A stretch of 63,595 nt of DNA, counting the filler, from Cladosporium halotolerans (taxonomy: Eukaryota): assembly GCF_011745625.1 (NCBI RefSeq). It is 14 parts of 14 records of this genome, joined end to end, with 100 filler letters (N's around TTAATTAATTAA, not from the genome) between each part and the next. Parts side by side here need not be neighbours in the genome. Positions count along the whole stretch, not along the records: positions 1 to 4,631 come from NW_027191684.1; positions 4,732 to 9,320 come from NW_027191685.1; positions 9,421 to 14,005 come from NW_027191686.1; 11 more parts are not named here. One strand, written 5' to 3'. The first letter of the stretch is position 1. Every line of letters starts with the position of its first letter. This document shows, in pieces, positions 1 through 10,372 of this stretch. The position numbers were made by a program, and so were the translations under genes. A model generated the notes under the pieces. That model made no database searches. It was not told the DNA's origin and saw nothing but the letters and a program-made list of their open reading frames with translations.

Positions 1-2633
1 AGGAGGTCTTGGGCGGTGGGTAAGCAGGACTCAGCCCGAAGGAAGGCTCGAGGGGTTGATCTCAACAGCCCTGTGATGGCCCTTGCCTGGCTGTTCAGCA
101 ATAGCTGTACTTTCTCCAACCGGTCTTTTTGGCCCCTCCACCAGATCTCCGACCCGTACATCGCCACAGAGCTGACTGAGGCCACAACCACTCTCCGCAT
201 CAAGCTGACAGACAAGCCGCCATTGCTCCTGCTGAGACAAGATACCCGCTGTAGAGCTCCTTTGGCGCTGGCTAGCCTGTTTTCGAAGTGGGTTTTGAAC
301 GACAGCTTCGAATCCAGCCAGAAGCCGAGCCATTTGGTCGCCTCCTGCTTGAGGGTGAAGGTCTGCTCTCCGATACGGACGACTGCATCTTTTGCTGCAT
401 GTAGAATCTTACGACACCTGCTGAAGACGACTACTTCAGTCTTGCTGACTTCGAAACCGACTTTGTTATCGGATCCCCATTGTATTGCATCCCCGGCAAT
501 GTGCTCGAGCTTCCTTGTGCCTTCTTCCAAGGCTTCGCATTCTGTCACTAGCCCGATGTCGTCCACGAATGAGATGGCTTGAAGCATGGGGTGTCTGTCT
601 TCTAGCCACTGGAACATTGCGCTCACAGATAGGATGAACAGCACCGGCGATATCGGTGATCCTTGCGGCAGGCCAGCTTGAATGTTGCGGGTCTCGCCCG
701 TCCTTCCGTCGATCACCAACATGGCTCGACGGTCTGACAAGAACGATTCCACCCAGCGCACGATGTTGCCGGCTATGCCGACTTGTATCATCCGCCGGAG
801 TAGTCTCTGCTTGTCGACCCGGTCAAACGCACCTTTGACATCTAGGAGTAATGCGAGTGTGATTCGCTTCTGACTCCATGCGTTCTCAACTTTTGCGACC
901 AGCTGAGCTACCGCATCTGATGTTCCCCGTCCTCGACGGCAGCCGAACTGCCCCCGGTGGAAGATCTCGTTTGCTTCACAGTGGGACGCGATCCAAGTTG
1001 CGACCGCCCTCTCCACCACTTTGCCGAGGCAGCTGAGCAGGCTGATCACTCGATATGCTTTCGCAGCGGTGTATGTAGGTTTCCCTTGCTTCCGCAGTAG
1101 GATGCCCTTTGCGGTCTTCCATGTGCACGGGTGAAATCCTGTCCTTATGCACCCTTGCACGAGGGCTGTCACGCGGTCTTCTGCCCACCGCCACAACAGT
1201 CTTAATATTTTGAAGCCAATCCCGTCAACGCCGGGGGCTTTGCTGACCGACTGTGTGAACAGAGCTTCGCGGACTTGTTTCGCGCTTACACCAGTGCTCG
1301 TGTCTGGAACTTGGATGTCTTCGTTGTCCACGGCTTGGGGTGGAAATGCCTGCGCCATGAAAATGTCTTCCTTCTCCTCGGCTGTCGCCGCGATCTTGCC
1401 CGGCTGGCCGTCAGTGCTTGCTACCTTGATTGCCGGTGTGTGTGACGGCACCTGAGGTTTGGTATATCTGAGCGCTCGCCAGCATCTTGCGGGATCAGAC
1501 GCCAATTTCGAGCTTTCGTCGGTCGGGAAGACGCCCTCAAGAAAGCGCTCCCAAGCCAGTCTCTTGGCTCTCCGGATGTATGTGTAATAGTCGTTTCTCA
1601 CCCGGCGGTACTCGTCGAAGCTGGTGCGGCCGTCATTGTGAGCACGTCGAGCGCTCCCGAACAGCCTTCTCTGCTGTCTGATCTCGTCCGTCCACCAGCG
1701 CTTCGATCGTGGTCTCGGCGCTTTACCGGCGGCATGTCTGTCCAGTACAGCTCGTAGGCTGTCTTGGATCCATAGTGCTTCGGCTTCGAGTTCCGTCGGT
1801 GATGTTGCCCACGCATTGATCAGCGACCTTCCTTCACTCAGCTCGAGCCAATGTTCACTCGCGGCCTCGAGGGCTTGTTCATCTGAGCAAAGTCGATCGA
1901 TGTCCCAGATGTGCGCGACGCTCATCTTCCCCTCTAGAAAGACTGCGTTTAGTGACATCCACTCAAAGACGATTACCTCATGGTCGGACGTTGTGGCCAG
2001 TGACTCGTCGATCTCCCACGTGACCAGTGCTCCGACCCTGCGGGTACTCAGGGTCAAGTCGATTATTGATCTACAGTTCTTCCCACACCTCGTGGGCTGG
2101 TGGTCGTTATTGTTGATGATGAGCTCGCGCTTCTCGATCAATCTCTCCACCGTCCCTGCGTTCTGCCTGCCTGCCACCCACGGGTCCCACAAGGGACTGC
2201 GAGCATTGAAGTCGCCTGCGAGTATGGTTCGGCCCTCGGTGAGTCGCGACACATCTACGTGGTCTATCGTGTATCCTCCGCCTTGCACCCTGGCTTTGTT
2301 GTATACGTTTATCAGCCTCGTCCTTCGAGCTTTCCGGCGGTCCACTGTTTCCCAGACGTCCAGGCACTGAATATGTGGACTATCCACCAGATCAGTTCGC
2401 TCTTCAAATACAAAGCGGTCTAGTGCGTCGTTTCGGATGGCTAGCGCTACTCTTGTCTCTCGCTTTGCACATTCCGGCCACCGTATCTGAAATCCCGGAT
2501 GGCCAATCACGTGTTTCTTTCCCACGTACGGCTCTTGTAGGCACGCCACTTCGGCTCCTCGCTCCACGGCCGCCTCCAGTGCGGCTATCGTCGCCACAGC
2601 CGTGCCGTTGCAGTTATGTTGTATCACTATCAT
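1..2633 (-). CDS. pol: LINE ORF2 (APE endonuclease + reverse transcriptase), 3'-partial
   Basis: Hand translation from ATG 2633: MIVIQHNCNG...CLQEPYV...ILAGDFNARS...IIDLTLS...TSDHEVI (APE motifs), AYRVISLLSCLGKVVE, and SFVDDIG near 569 in the same frame. Absent from the ORF track, consistent with no stop before the window edge. Confidence 0.92.
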   Translation of the reverse strand, partial: MIVIQHNCNGTAVATIAALEAAVERGAEVACLQEPYVGKKHVIGHPGFQIRWPECAKRETRVALAIRNDALDRFVFEERTDLVDSPHIQCLDVWETVDRRKARRTRLINVYNKARVQGGGYTIDHVDVSRLTEGRTILAGDFNARSPLWDPWVAGRQNAGTVERLIEKRELIINNNDHQPTRCGKNCRSIIDLTLSTRRVGALVTWEIDESLATTSDHEVIVFEWMSLNAVFLEGKMSVAHIWDIDRLCSDEQALEAASEHWLELSEGRSLINAWATSPTELEAEALWIQDSLRAVLDRHAAGKAPRPRSKRWWTDEIRQQRRLFGSARRAHNDGRTSFDEYRRVRNDYYTYIRRAKRLAWERFLEGVFPTDESSKLASDPARCWRALRYTKPQVPSHTPAIKVASTDGQPGKIAATAEEKEDIFMAQAFPPQAVDNEDIQVPDTSTGVSAKQVREALFTQSVSKAPGVDGIGFKILRLLWRWAEDRVTALVQGCIRTGFHPCTWKTAKGILLRKQGKPTYTAAKAYRVISLLSCLGKVVERAVATWIASHCEANEIFHRGQFGCRRGRGTSDAVAQLVAKVENAWSQKRITLALLLDVKGAFDRVDKQRLLRRMIQVGIAGNIVRWVESFLSDRRAMLVIDGRTGETRNIQAGLPQGSPISPVLFILSVSAMFQWLEDRHPMLQAISFVDDIGLVTECEALEEGTRKLEHIAGDAIQWGSDNKVGFEVSKTEVVVFSRCRKILHAAKDAVVRIGEQTFTLKQEATKWLGFWLDSKLSFKTHFENRLASAKGALQRVSCLSRSNGGLSVSLMRRVVVASVSSVAMYGSEIWWRGQKDRLEKVQLLLNSQARAITGLLRSTPRAFLRAESCLPTAQDL

Positions 2634-4338
2634 CGTCAACGGACATGTGCGTCGGGTCGCTGGAGCTGAGGATCTGGGTCGCCCTCACGAACTGTTTAGT
2701 CCTTGGCCGGAGTTCCCTTGTTGGTCGCGGCGACGATTGATCCCTGGGCAGTGGCTCTGGTGTGCCAGTGTCCGAAGGCATCGGGATCATATGTATGGGG
2801 GTGGCTCGGTCTGGGTCAGGCGTCGTCACCTCCATTTCTGCCTCATCTCCCTGGATCGCAGGCTCGTCTTGTTCTGGTGCCGTCTCCCTCACCGGCGGGC
2901 TGCTGCGCATTTCGGTCTCCTTCTGCTGGCGTGTCTGTCGGCTCGATCTCCGTTCGGGGCAACGTCGCGATGTTGCCGGGTGTGGTCCTCCACAGTTCGC
3001 GCATTTTGCCACGTGGTGCTCACATGGCCCTGATCTGATGCTGCAGCTCTCGGCAGTACATTCGTGCTTACTCCCTTCATGCTCGCCTGCACACACAAAA
3101 CACTTGGCCTCTTCAGTGCATTTGCCGAAGTGGTCTCGGCCGCAGCAGCGCATGCACATCCCACCTTCTCCTCGTTCCCAGAATCTTTCTACTTCATGGC
3201 GTCTGCCCCCAAAGGACAGTCCCTTTGCTAGGATCACATCCGCCGCCTTCTTGCTTTTTACGGTCAAGACTAGTGTCGACCTCTTGATGCTTCCATTGTC
3301 GAAACGTTCGGCCAGCGTGTCGCCTTTGATCCAACGCGGCGCGTAAGGCAACCTTTCATCTGTCATCAGTTCGATCTCCTCTCGAGCTACTTCTAGCCCT
3401 CTCTCTGTCATATAGCGATCTAGCGCGACGCCGTGCACCCGCAGCTTCAGCCACTTTTCCGTCTTTTCCATGTAGGCAACTTCAGGGTCTAGCTCCTTTA
3501 CAGCAGCCATCACGGCGGATGCATAGCTGAGCAGCTCGTCTGCGCATGCGTTCTCGCTCATCACTCCTGTCAAGTTGCCCTTGCCCGTGTATGCCATTTG
3601 CGTCAATCTCACCGTCACATGCGCCCTCGAATGAGCAAGGGCTTTGTTCACTTCGAACATAATGTCCCTAGGGTCGCAATCATGCGACTGTACATTTCTG
3701 ACGAAGAGTACTCGGCGCTGGCCACGAGGGTGTTTTTTCAACTTTTTCTTACCGTTCGTGACCGTAGTCCATCCAGTGCCTGCTCCAGATTCTGTAATGT
3801 TGGCCCAGCTGGGCTGCGTCGCTTGCGCCGATAGTGGACGCGCTTTTCTGTTGGATGTCTCCGCTGTGCCTCTCGGGAAGGCACTGTTTCCTGACAGGGG
3901 CGGACTCGCTCCTGTCTCTTGCTTTGGTGCCCGTAAAACTGTCATCACTGTGTTCATGAGCTGCGTGAGTTGCGTCTGCCCCTTCCTGATCTCTTCCACC
4001 TCTGCTCGGAGAGATCGCACGTCTTCCGTACAGCCAGTGGTGGCGTTAGGCCCCAGGGGTACACGTAGAGCTTTCGCGATGGCATCTTCGATCGCTTGTA
4101 GGAGCTCATCGCCGTGCACGCCAAAGGCTGAACATATGTCCGTCTTCCGCTTCTTTGGGTTCACTGGTTTTGTGGCGTATGCCTGCTGTTCCTCCCAACT
4201 CTGCAATCTGCCTCCTCGGATTTGAGGGGGAGAGAACTGAAACTGGCTTCCAATTGGTTCGGAGGCTTCCCCGCACGTTTCAGACCCTTGAACGTCACTC
4301 GAGGCTGGCCCTCCGCCACCTTTACTGCGGGCTGACAT
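2614..4338 (-). CDS. gag: LINE ORF1 gag-like nucleic-acid-binding protein
   Basis: ORF 2614-4350 (first ATG 4338) with CMRCCGRDHFGKC, CFVCAGEHEGSKHEC and CANCGGPHPATSRRC knuckles; overlaps the ORF2 start by 20 bp. Confidence 0.9.
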   Translation of the reverse strand: MSARSKGGGGPASSDVQGSETCGEASEPIGSQFQFSPPQIRGGRLQSWEEQQAYATKPVNPKKRKTDICSAFGVHGDELLQAIEDAIAKALRVPLGPNATTGCTEDVRSLRAEVEEIRKGQTQLTQLMNTVMTVLRAPKQETGASPPLSGNSAFPRGTAETSNRKARPLSAQATQPSWANITESGAGTGWTTVTNGKKKLKKHPRGQRRVLFVRNVQSHDCDPRDIMFEVNKALAHSRAHVTVRLTQMAYTGKGNLTGVMSENACADELLSYASAVMAAVKELDPEVAYMEKTEKWLKLRVHGVALDRYMTERGLEVAREEIELMTDERLPYAPRWIKGDTLAERFDNGSIKRSTLVLTVKSKKAADVILAKGLSFGGRRHEVERFWERGEGGMCMRCCGRDHFGKCTEEAKCFVCAGEHEGSKHECTAESCSIRSGPCEHHVAKCANCGGPHPATSRRCPERRSSRQTRQQKETEMRSSPPVRETAPEQDEPAIQGDEAEMEVTTPDPDRATPIHMIPMPSDTGTPEPLPRDQSSPRPTRELRPRTKQFVRATQILSSSDPTHMSVDDDSDTT

Positions 4339-4631
4339 GCCCGCCAGCAAGGCGCCTGGGATCTTGGTAGTATGCGCTTGATCAGCTCACTTTGCGCTTC
4401 CTAATGATGTAAAAATTGACCCTGTCTGTGAGAAAGTCGAAAAGAAGTCGCGCATCTTGTTTGACGCAGTGCCCTGGAAATGATACTCGACTAGATAGAA
4501 GCTACTGCGCACACCCGCTTTTGGCTTGTGGCTAGACGTCTTCCCTGGCTCGTGCACATCCCTGACTCGTGCACACTTTGGAAGCTCGACAACAACGCGC
4601 TTCAACACGCGATATCTTCCTAACCATGGCT

Positions 4632-4731
4632 NNNNNNNNNNNNNNNNNNNNNNNNNNNNNNNNNNNNNNNNNNNNTTAATTAATTAANNNNNNNNNNNNN
4701 NNNNNNNNNNNNNNNNNNNNNNNNNNNNNNN
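4632..4731. other. Artificial 100-bp contig spacer N44-TTAATTAATTAA-N44 (first of 13; others start at 9321, 14006, 18682, 23324, 27936, 32485, 37030, 41562, 46029, 50484, 54898, 59274)
   Basis: Identical spacer carrying stop codons in all six frames; flanking contig lengths fall monotonically from 4631 to 4222 bp. Confidence 0.98.
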
Positions 4732-4890
4732 TCGACCTCGGTGCGTGAGACGCGTTGTCGGCTTGGACGCGTCAACGCGGGCGACGCGCCCTAGTCCGGC
4801 TGCGACGGCGGGCGCACAGCGGCAGCCATTGACAAGTGCGCCTAGAAGGCACAATATCTACGTGATGAATAGCTTTTTCTTCAATGAATT
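4732..4890 (-). mobile_element. 5' end fragment of a family B LINE (5' UTR + degenerate gag start)
   Basis: ATG 4829 reads MAAAVRPPSQPD*GASPALTRPSRQRVSRTEV versus MAAAARPLPQPDNSASPGVARLGRPRASRTEID at 11826; upstream DNA is also similar. Confidence 0.8.
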
Positions 4891-4922
4891 CAACAATCCG
4901 AATTTTCTGACCCATTTGTTCT

Positions 4923-5610
4923 TCTCCCACGTCTGGTACCTCGCTGGGCCTTAGTGGAGTCATCCCCACGCTGCAGTAAGCACTGCGCAAGGTCCCCACT
5001 AAAACCATGCGACCTGGTCAACATTTTGACACCACTGTGAAGAAATGTCGTTGCTACGGTAAACTTCGACTGTCGCCTCGACCTTAAGACCATCGCATTG
5101 CACGCCCGTAATGCAGAATACAATCCCAAGGTAAGGGCATTCTCATGGTAGGGTAAGCTCTTTCTGACTGTTCTCCAAGCGTTTCGCAGCCGCGGTTGTG
5201 CGCATACGTGAGCCCAAGACGACTGCCCTATCTTCGCATCTGGCAAGATAGTCGTCACGGGTGCGAAGTCTGAAGATGACGTTAAGCTTGCGAGTCGCAA
5301 GTACACGCGTGTGCTTCAAAAGCTGAGCTTCAATACGGAGTTTACAGAGTTCAAGATACAACACATCATTGCTTCTTGCGACATCAAATCCCCGGTCCGG
5401 CTCGAGGGCCTGGCCAACCGGCATCACATGTTCAGCTCCTACGAACCTGAGCTCTTCCCGGGTCTGATATATCGCATGATGAAGCCAAAAGTCGTTTTGC
5501 TGATCTTCGTTTCTGGAAAACTTGTCTTGACCGGCGCCAAGGTACGGGAAGGACTGTACCAGGCCTTCGAGCTCATATACCCGGTGCTGTCTGACTTTCG
5601 CAAGACTTGA
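4923..5610 (+). pseudogene. TBP: TATA-box binding protein paralog, 5'-truncated and frameshifted
   Basis: Exons ~4923-4975, 5043-5130 and 5180-5610 give [53 protein letters not shown]...IFASGK...[31 protein letters not shown] introns 4976-5042 and 5131-5179. One base missing near 5228 (GCC CT ATC TTC). In-frame TGA at 4908-4910 upstream. Confidence 0.93.
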
Positions 5611-6445
5611 GCTGTCTTGTCTTGTCGGATCCCACCCGTGAACGATGTTTCACCCTTCTTGCTGGGCATGCAGTCTTTCGAAGAACATGACGTGGACGAT
5701 CCTTGTGATGTGAACGGGTTTCTGTCTTTATTCATCTCAGAAGCAAGTCGCAGTCTCTTTTCGACATCCGAATGCTGATTACTGCAATCTGTCACAAGCA
5801 ACTGATTTCGGGTCTCATCTGTGCCATCCCGTGCACAAAGCTTTTTACGTTAGGGACGATTTGCTTCTCATCATACAGATTGTCACTCTGTTCAGAGTTG
5901 GAGACGGTCACACCGCCGCTATTGCGATCTTACAGCATGAGGCGCGAGACCAGCCTTGGACAGAATGCCGAGGGCCCTACGCGCACCATGGCTACCGATG
6001 AACACCTCCACGGGAAAGTGAGGATCCTTGACAGCTCGTCGACTTTCATGGTCTGCCCCAATCCGGTGAGAAGAGATTGCGGAGGACGACGTGCACGTGG
6101 TACAGATAGTTGGAAACTGGCCTTAAGCATGACTAAATGGTTAAGTGTTTGTGCAGGCGCGGTCTTCACAAAGGTATTGTACGATAACCCTTTGCTTTTT
6201 CATCATTCAGTTTCCCCGCGCTTCTTTCCTTATTAACTTGCAGACCTTTCTGCCGTATACGGAAATTGCCAGGGAAGCTACGCGCATCGTGCAAGCGTTG
6301 GCGAAACCAGGCAATAGGCCTATGTTAACGATGAGTAACAACATCCGGACGGAAATCTGGCATTTCCTCTGCTAGATGGCCATCCAAAGACAGCAAAGCT
6401 AATCCACAGGAGAACTTTCTGTAATCGTGGGTAACCTTTTCGTCT

Positions 6446-8689
6446 TCAGACGCCCAAACGCGGTCGTCTGACATGGGCGCTGCCAACCGTGCTGCCCTTT
6501 CGTTTGAGCATTGTGGTCTGCTTGTTGATCAACTCGGATTTGTGAAAGTCAATGATAAGGACGCGCTTCAACTCCGTATTCCACAAAATGTTTTCGCGCC
6601 TCAAATCACCATGACGGACCCCCAGCCGGTATATTTTGTGAGCTGACTTCATGGCGGCTTTTCTGGTACTAGATGCCTCTTGCCACTGTGACTGTGTGAG
6701 GGGCTCTCCGCCCCAGCCCATCAAAAGCATATGTCGAATGTCGCTGGCCCCATGGAGATGATATGTCTGTGCCATGTCAATGGATCCAAGGAAAACAGGG
6801 ACAGCAGAACCTTGCACGCCGCGGAGGATCTGGTAGAAACCCGCTTCGCGAGAAACCCTACTCCATAGCTCTGCGGTGGTCCCTTTCCCGACAACGGTAT
6901 ACCCGTACAAGGAACAACGAAGTTTAAAAGGGGCACCTGCCCGTCCGCACACTCCAAAAGGCTCACAGGAGTCCACGTCTTCATCAAGCTGCCTCTGGAG
7001 GGCGCGAACCATTTCCGCGAGAGTTATTTCGTGCCTCTCCGTCTCTTCGCCCCTGCGGTGGTCTGAGACATTCGGACATCCGAGATCCAGTGCGCCCCCA
7101 TCTCGAAGGCCGAGCAAGCATTGTTGAGTGCAGTAACTTGATGACATGCGTCGCGTATGGCCGCCTCCGCCCGGCTGTGATGTCGTAGGACGTTGCGCTG
7201 AAGGCTGTGGAGGCGACGAAGCGACTTGGCTGTGGTTACGCTTCCGGTGATGTGCGGTGGCGTTTGAGTCCGATTCTGATGAGGCCGACGCGTCGTCTGG
7301 GGCCGTTGAATCACCCGGTGAAGGCGTACATACGGGGTGTGACCGCGTGCTGCGTCGCCGTATTCCCCCATCAGGTGATCCAATGGGTGATGAAGGCACG
7401 TATTCCGAGCCTGGTGGAGTCTGATTTAGTTGCTCTTCCGGTATTTGCGACCGTGCATGCTCAAAGTCTGTCGCCCAGACGCGTAGTATCTTCTTTGCCT
7501 CGTTCCTCCACGCGTTGCTTCGAAGTGATGTCGCGCAGCACATAAGAGTGAAGCACAACAGCCGAGCAACAGCGGTGAGAGGGTAGTGATGGCTTTCATC
7601 GCCAACAGACGGCACGTCTTTGTTCGGCACGCAGAGATGGTAGTAAAGCCTACTTGGCTCATCCTCCGGCACGTAAAGGAATACCAGCGCTATTCCTGTC
7701 GATATGTAGGAGTACGCTAGACCTTCTTGTATCATGACATGGTATTCTTGGACCAGTGCCGCGCCAGTCAGCCGCATTGCGTTGTACGTCAGCTTTTCTG
7801 CTGTTTCTGTGGGAACAGTCTCTGAATTGACGACTTCATCCCAGACATCCATCGGTCGCAGGCCCGCGCAGAGGTTTTCTACAGATAATTTGTGTGGCGG
7901 CTTGTACTCGACTGTCATCAAGAGAGTGCTCGTGGAATCGTTCAAGCGATTGACGCAAAATTGGTCGGGTTGCATCCTGCCTGACTTTACGTCGGTCTCG
8001 CGAACTTCGGCCGCCTCATCATCAAGCGCGTTCGCATGGTTGTCGAAACGCAGGCCATGGCCAAGTCGAAGCTCTTTGCATGCTGCCGGGATCGAGCAAA
8101 GGGCAGACGCAACATCCTGGACATGGCGATCCTTACCAGATTGTTCGATGAACTCGAGATCTTTTTCGCTGCTGATGGGATTCCTGCGAAGCGACCGTCC
8201 GAGATCTTCCAACGCAATGACAGGCGAGAACAAGCGTGGCGCGTCCGCTCCAGCAGGTTTATCAAGCTTCCATCCAGGGTTCTCCGACTTCCCGGACATG
8301 TTTGGGACCTCGTCTGGTGGACCCGCAAGCTCTGACGGATGCAAAGATGATCTTCCGCCTTTGCGTAGTCGTCGATATAGCTCGAAGTCGGAGTTATGCT
8401 CGGTGATGCTGGGGCTGACATCTGCTAAAGCGTCCAGAATGTGCTCACCAAGGTAATATTCGTCCGCGTCGGAGAAGATCAAATAGTCAGAAAAGCACCG
8501 TATGCTCGTCGTCAAGTGGACAGGGAGTGTGTCCTCCAGTCCAGTCGAACCAGTCCGAATGATGACGACAGTTCTGTCCGCACCCGGCAAGCTTCCACAT
8601 GTCCCTAACGTCCGTCCACCTGTGCCGGGAATCCACCTGTGCCGGGACACTTCTTCTGATCTTCGCTCTATATCCATTATCCACACCAT
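6446..8689 (-). CDS. Chimeric ORF: GT31-like glycosyltransferase N-terminal fragment (~8258-8689) fused to a Spok-like PD-(D/E)XK nuclease / Cys-cluster / kinase protein (6446-8257)
   Basis: 747-aa open frame. N-part TVVIIRTGST...LPVHL...YLIFSD...GWKLDK resembles fungal GT31. Then QPDQFCV...TVEYKPPHKL, C-x3-C-x13-C-x5-H-x8-H (YCTQQCLLGL...CPNVSDH...H), and kinase motifs YTVVGKG, HGDLRRENIL, IIDF. Start codon uncertain. Confidence 0.78.
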   Translation of the reverse strand: MVWIMDIERRSEEVSRHRWIPGTGGRTLGTCGSLPGADRTVVIIRTGSTGLEDTLPVHLTTSIRCFSDYLIFSDADEYYLGEHILDALADVSPSITEHNSDFELYRRLRKGGRSSLHPSELAGPPDEVPNMSGKSENPGWKLDKPAGADAPRLFSPVIALEDLGRSLRRNPISSEKDLEFIEQSGKDRHVQDVASALCSIPAACKELRLGHGLRFDNHANALDDEAAEVRETDVKSGRMQPDQFCVNRLNDSTSTLLMTVEYKPPHKLSVENLCAGLRPMDVWDEVVNSETVPTETAEKLTYNAMRLTGAALVQEYHVMIQEGLAYSYISTGIALVFLYVPEDEPSRLYYHLCVPNKDVPSVGDESHHYPLTAVARLLCFTLMCCATSLRSNAWRNEAKKILRVWATDFEHARSQIPEEQLNQTPPGSEYVPSSPIGSPDGGIRRRSTRSHPVCTPSPGDSTAPDDASASSESDSNATAHHRKRNHSQVASSPPQPSAQRPTTSQPGGGGHTRRMSSSYCTQQCLLGLRDGGALDLGCPNVSDHRRGEETERHEITLAEMVRALQRQLDEDVDSCEPFGVCGRAGAPFKLRCSLYGYTVVGKGTTAELWSRVSREAGFYQILRGVQGSAVPVFLGSIDMAQTYHLHGASDIRHMLLMGWGGEPLTQSQWQEASSTRKAAMKSAHKIYRLGVRHGDLRRENILWNTELKRVLIIDFHKSELINKQTTMLKRKGSTVGSAHVRRPRLGV

Positions 8690-9420
8690 AGCTCATTGAT
8701 CACTCATCTTCTGCTATTCTCCGGTCTTTTGCCTACTGGCCCGACCATTTTTCGGAACATCGATTGCGTAAGTAGCTTTGGCATCGTCCAAAGCGTCGAC
8801 GTCGCTGACCAACGCTTCTCCTTTCTAGCTCGCTCAGAAGCGACACGTAGTTCCGAAAAGGTTGAAATTAGATGCGCTAGTTGCGCTGAGGTCAGGAGGA
8901 TGCTGTGAATCTAAGGATTTGCCGCTATGGACCGGACCGTTAACGAAGGTTGCGGCATGCAGATATGCGCCAGGCTGGTCTTTCAGGAGGATCAGTATCC
9001 AGGCCCGCTGACTAGGGCACAACGCAGAGACGCTCCGATGTCGCGATGCATGTAGCTTGTGATTCGCTCGGACAGCGCTTCATGGCAAAGCGGTCTTGCC
9101 GCCCGCCCCGCCCGCGATGTAGCAAAGTCTCAGCGGTTTTGAGATCAACGCGAGCGGTCAGTGTCCCGCAGCAGGCGAAGCAGCTCCATGGGGAAATTCA
9201 TAGAAATCATGAAAGTCCACTACCTCCGCTTTTCCGAAAGTTTTCGAATTTCCCAGAATGGCTTGGCTCTCATGGATTTTGAGAAATAATTGGGAGGCAG
9301 AAAGGCCCACGCAGGTGTCANNNNNNNNNNNNNNNNNNNNNNNNNNNNNNNNNNNNNNNNNNNNTTAATTAATTAANNNNNNNNNNNNNNNNNNNNNNNN
9401 NNNNNNNNNNNNNNNNNNNN

Positions 9421-10372
9421 GGAGCTTCGTGAGGTCCCTGGTCCACCAGCGTTTCTCGTACGGAGACGGCTTGGCTTTGGGAGTCAGCGAGTTGACCGCG
9501 TCCAGGACCGCCTGCATCAAACGGTCTGCTTGTCTCTGGACGTCGCCACAAGATGGTCGATCGTCTAATGCTCGGGAAATGGATTCTCGAATCGCGTTCC
9601 AGGGAGCATTCTTGAACAACAACCGAGGCTGGGTAGCGCGATCTGGGACTTCGACGTCAAAAGACGTCTCGATCGCGCGATGATCTGACCCGTGATCCGT
9701 GTCGTGGATCTTGCACTTGAGGACGTCCGACGCCAACTCCTGCGACGCTAACATGAGGTCGATCGTGGTGGCGTGCATTGCATTCTGCCATGTCTTGGTC
9801 CCGCGGGGCAAGAGGCTCTCGAGGCTCCATCTGTTCATGAAGTCGATGATGGGGTCTGCTTCGCCCTGTCGCGTCGGCAGCACCGCGTCTCCTCCCCACA
9901 GCTGGTCATGCCGATTGAAGTCGCCGGCGACCACAACATCGAGGCGTGGGCCACCGCGGCGCTGCGCCGAGCTTATTGCCATGTCGAGCAGCATCACCGC
10001 CTCGCTCAGCGCTGCACCATTTATTCCTTCCACATACACCGACGCGAGCAACACTGCCCTGTCCGGCAGCCGCAGCAGAGTCACTGTGAGATCTGCCGAC
10101 GGCACCCTCACCTGCTCACACTCGATGTCTTTGCGCACCCACAGCATGCTTCGCATCGCCCACCGGCCATCGTGTCTCTCACTCGGCAGGATGGCCGTCC
10201 AGCCCTGATGCCCCATCGGGCTCGTCCTCACCTTCCCATCCATCTCGACCACGTACGGTTCGCTGATGGCAAGGGCCGTATACTCCTTCAGACTTGCGTC
10301 GTTCATCACGCTGTGCTGCACCTCTCGCCGTTTCTGCATGTTCAGTTGTAGGATTTGCATCGGCTTAGACAT
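9421..10372 (-). CDS. pol: LINE ORF2 APE endonuclease domain, 3'-partial
   Basis: MSKPMQILQLNMQK...AISEPY...VAGDFNRH...TTIDLML...GSDHRAI...KRWWTRDL. Confidence 0.9.

Larger units (their letters stand above)
1..4631 (-). mobile_element. Non-LTR retrotransposon (Tad1-like LINE, 'family A'), 3' end cut by contig edge
   Basis: gag-like ORF1 with Cys/His knuckles overlapping an APE endonuclease + reverse transcriptase ORF2. Exact 5' boundary not determined. Confidence 0.92.

Noticed and set aside
16..4225. Numerous plus-strand ORFs over the LINE (also 9429-11829, 36133-37085, 7734-8456)
   Set aside because: Antisense shadows of GC-rich coding sequence with no motifs.
6446..8257. FtsH/M41 metalloprotease label often given to such proteins
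   Set aside because: No AAA+ Walker motifs or protease domain; the motifs fit nuclease + Cys cluster + kinase.
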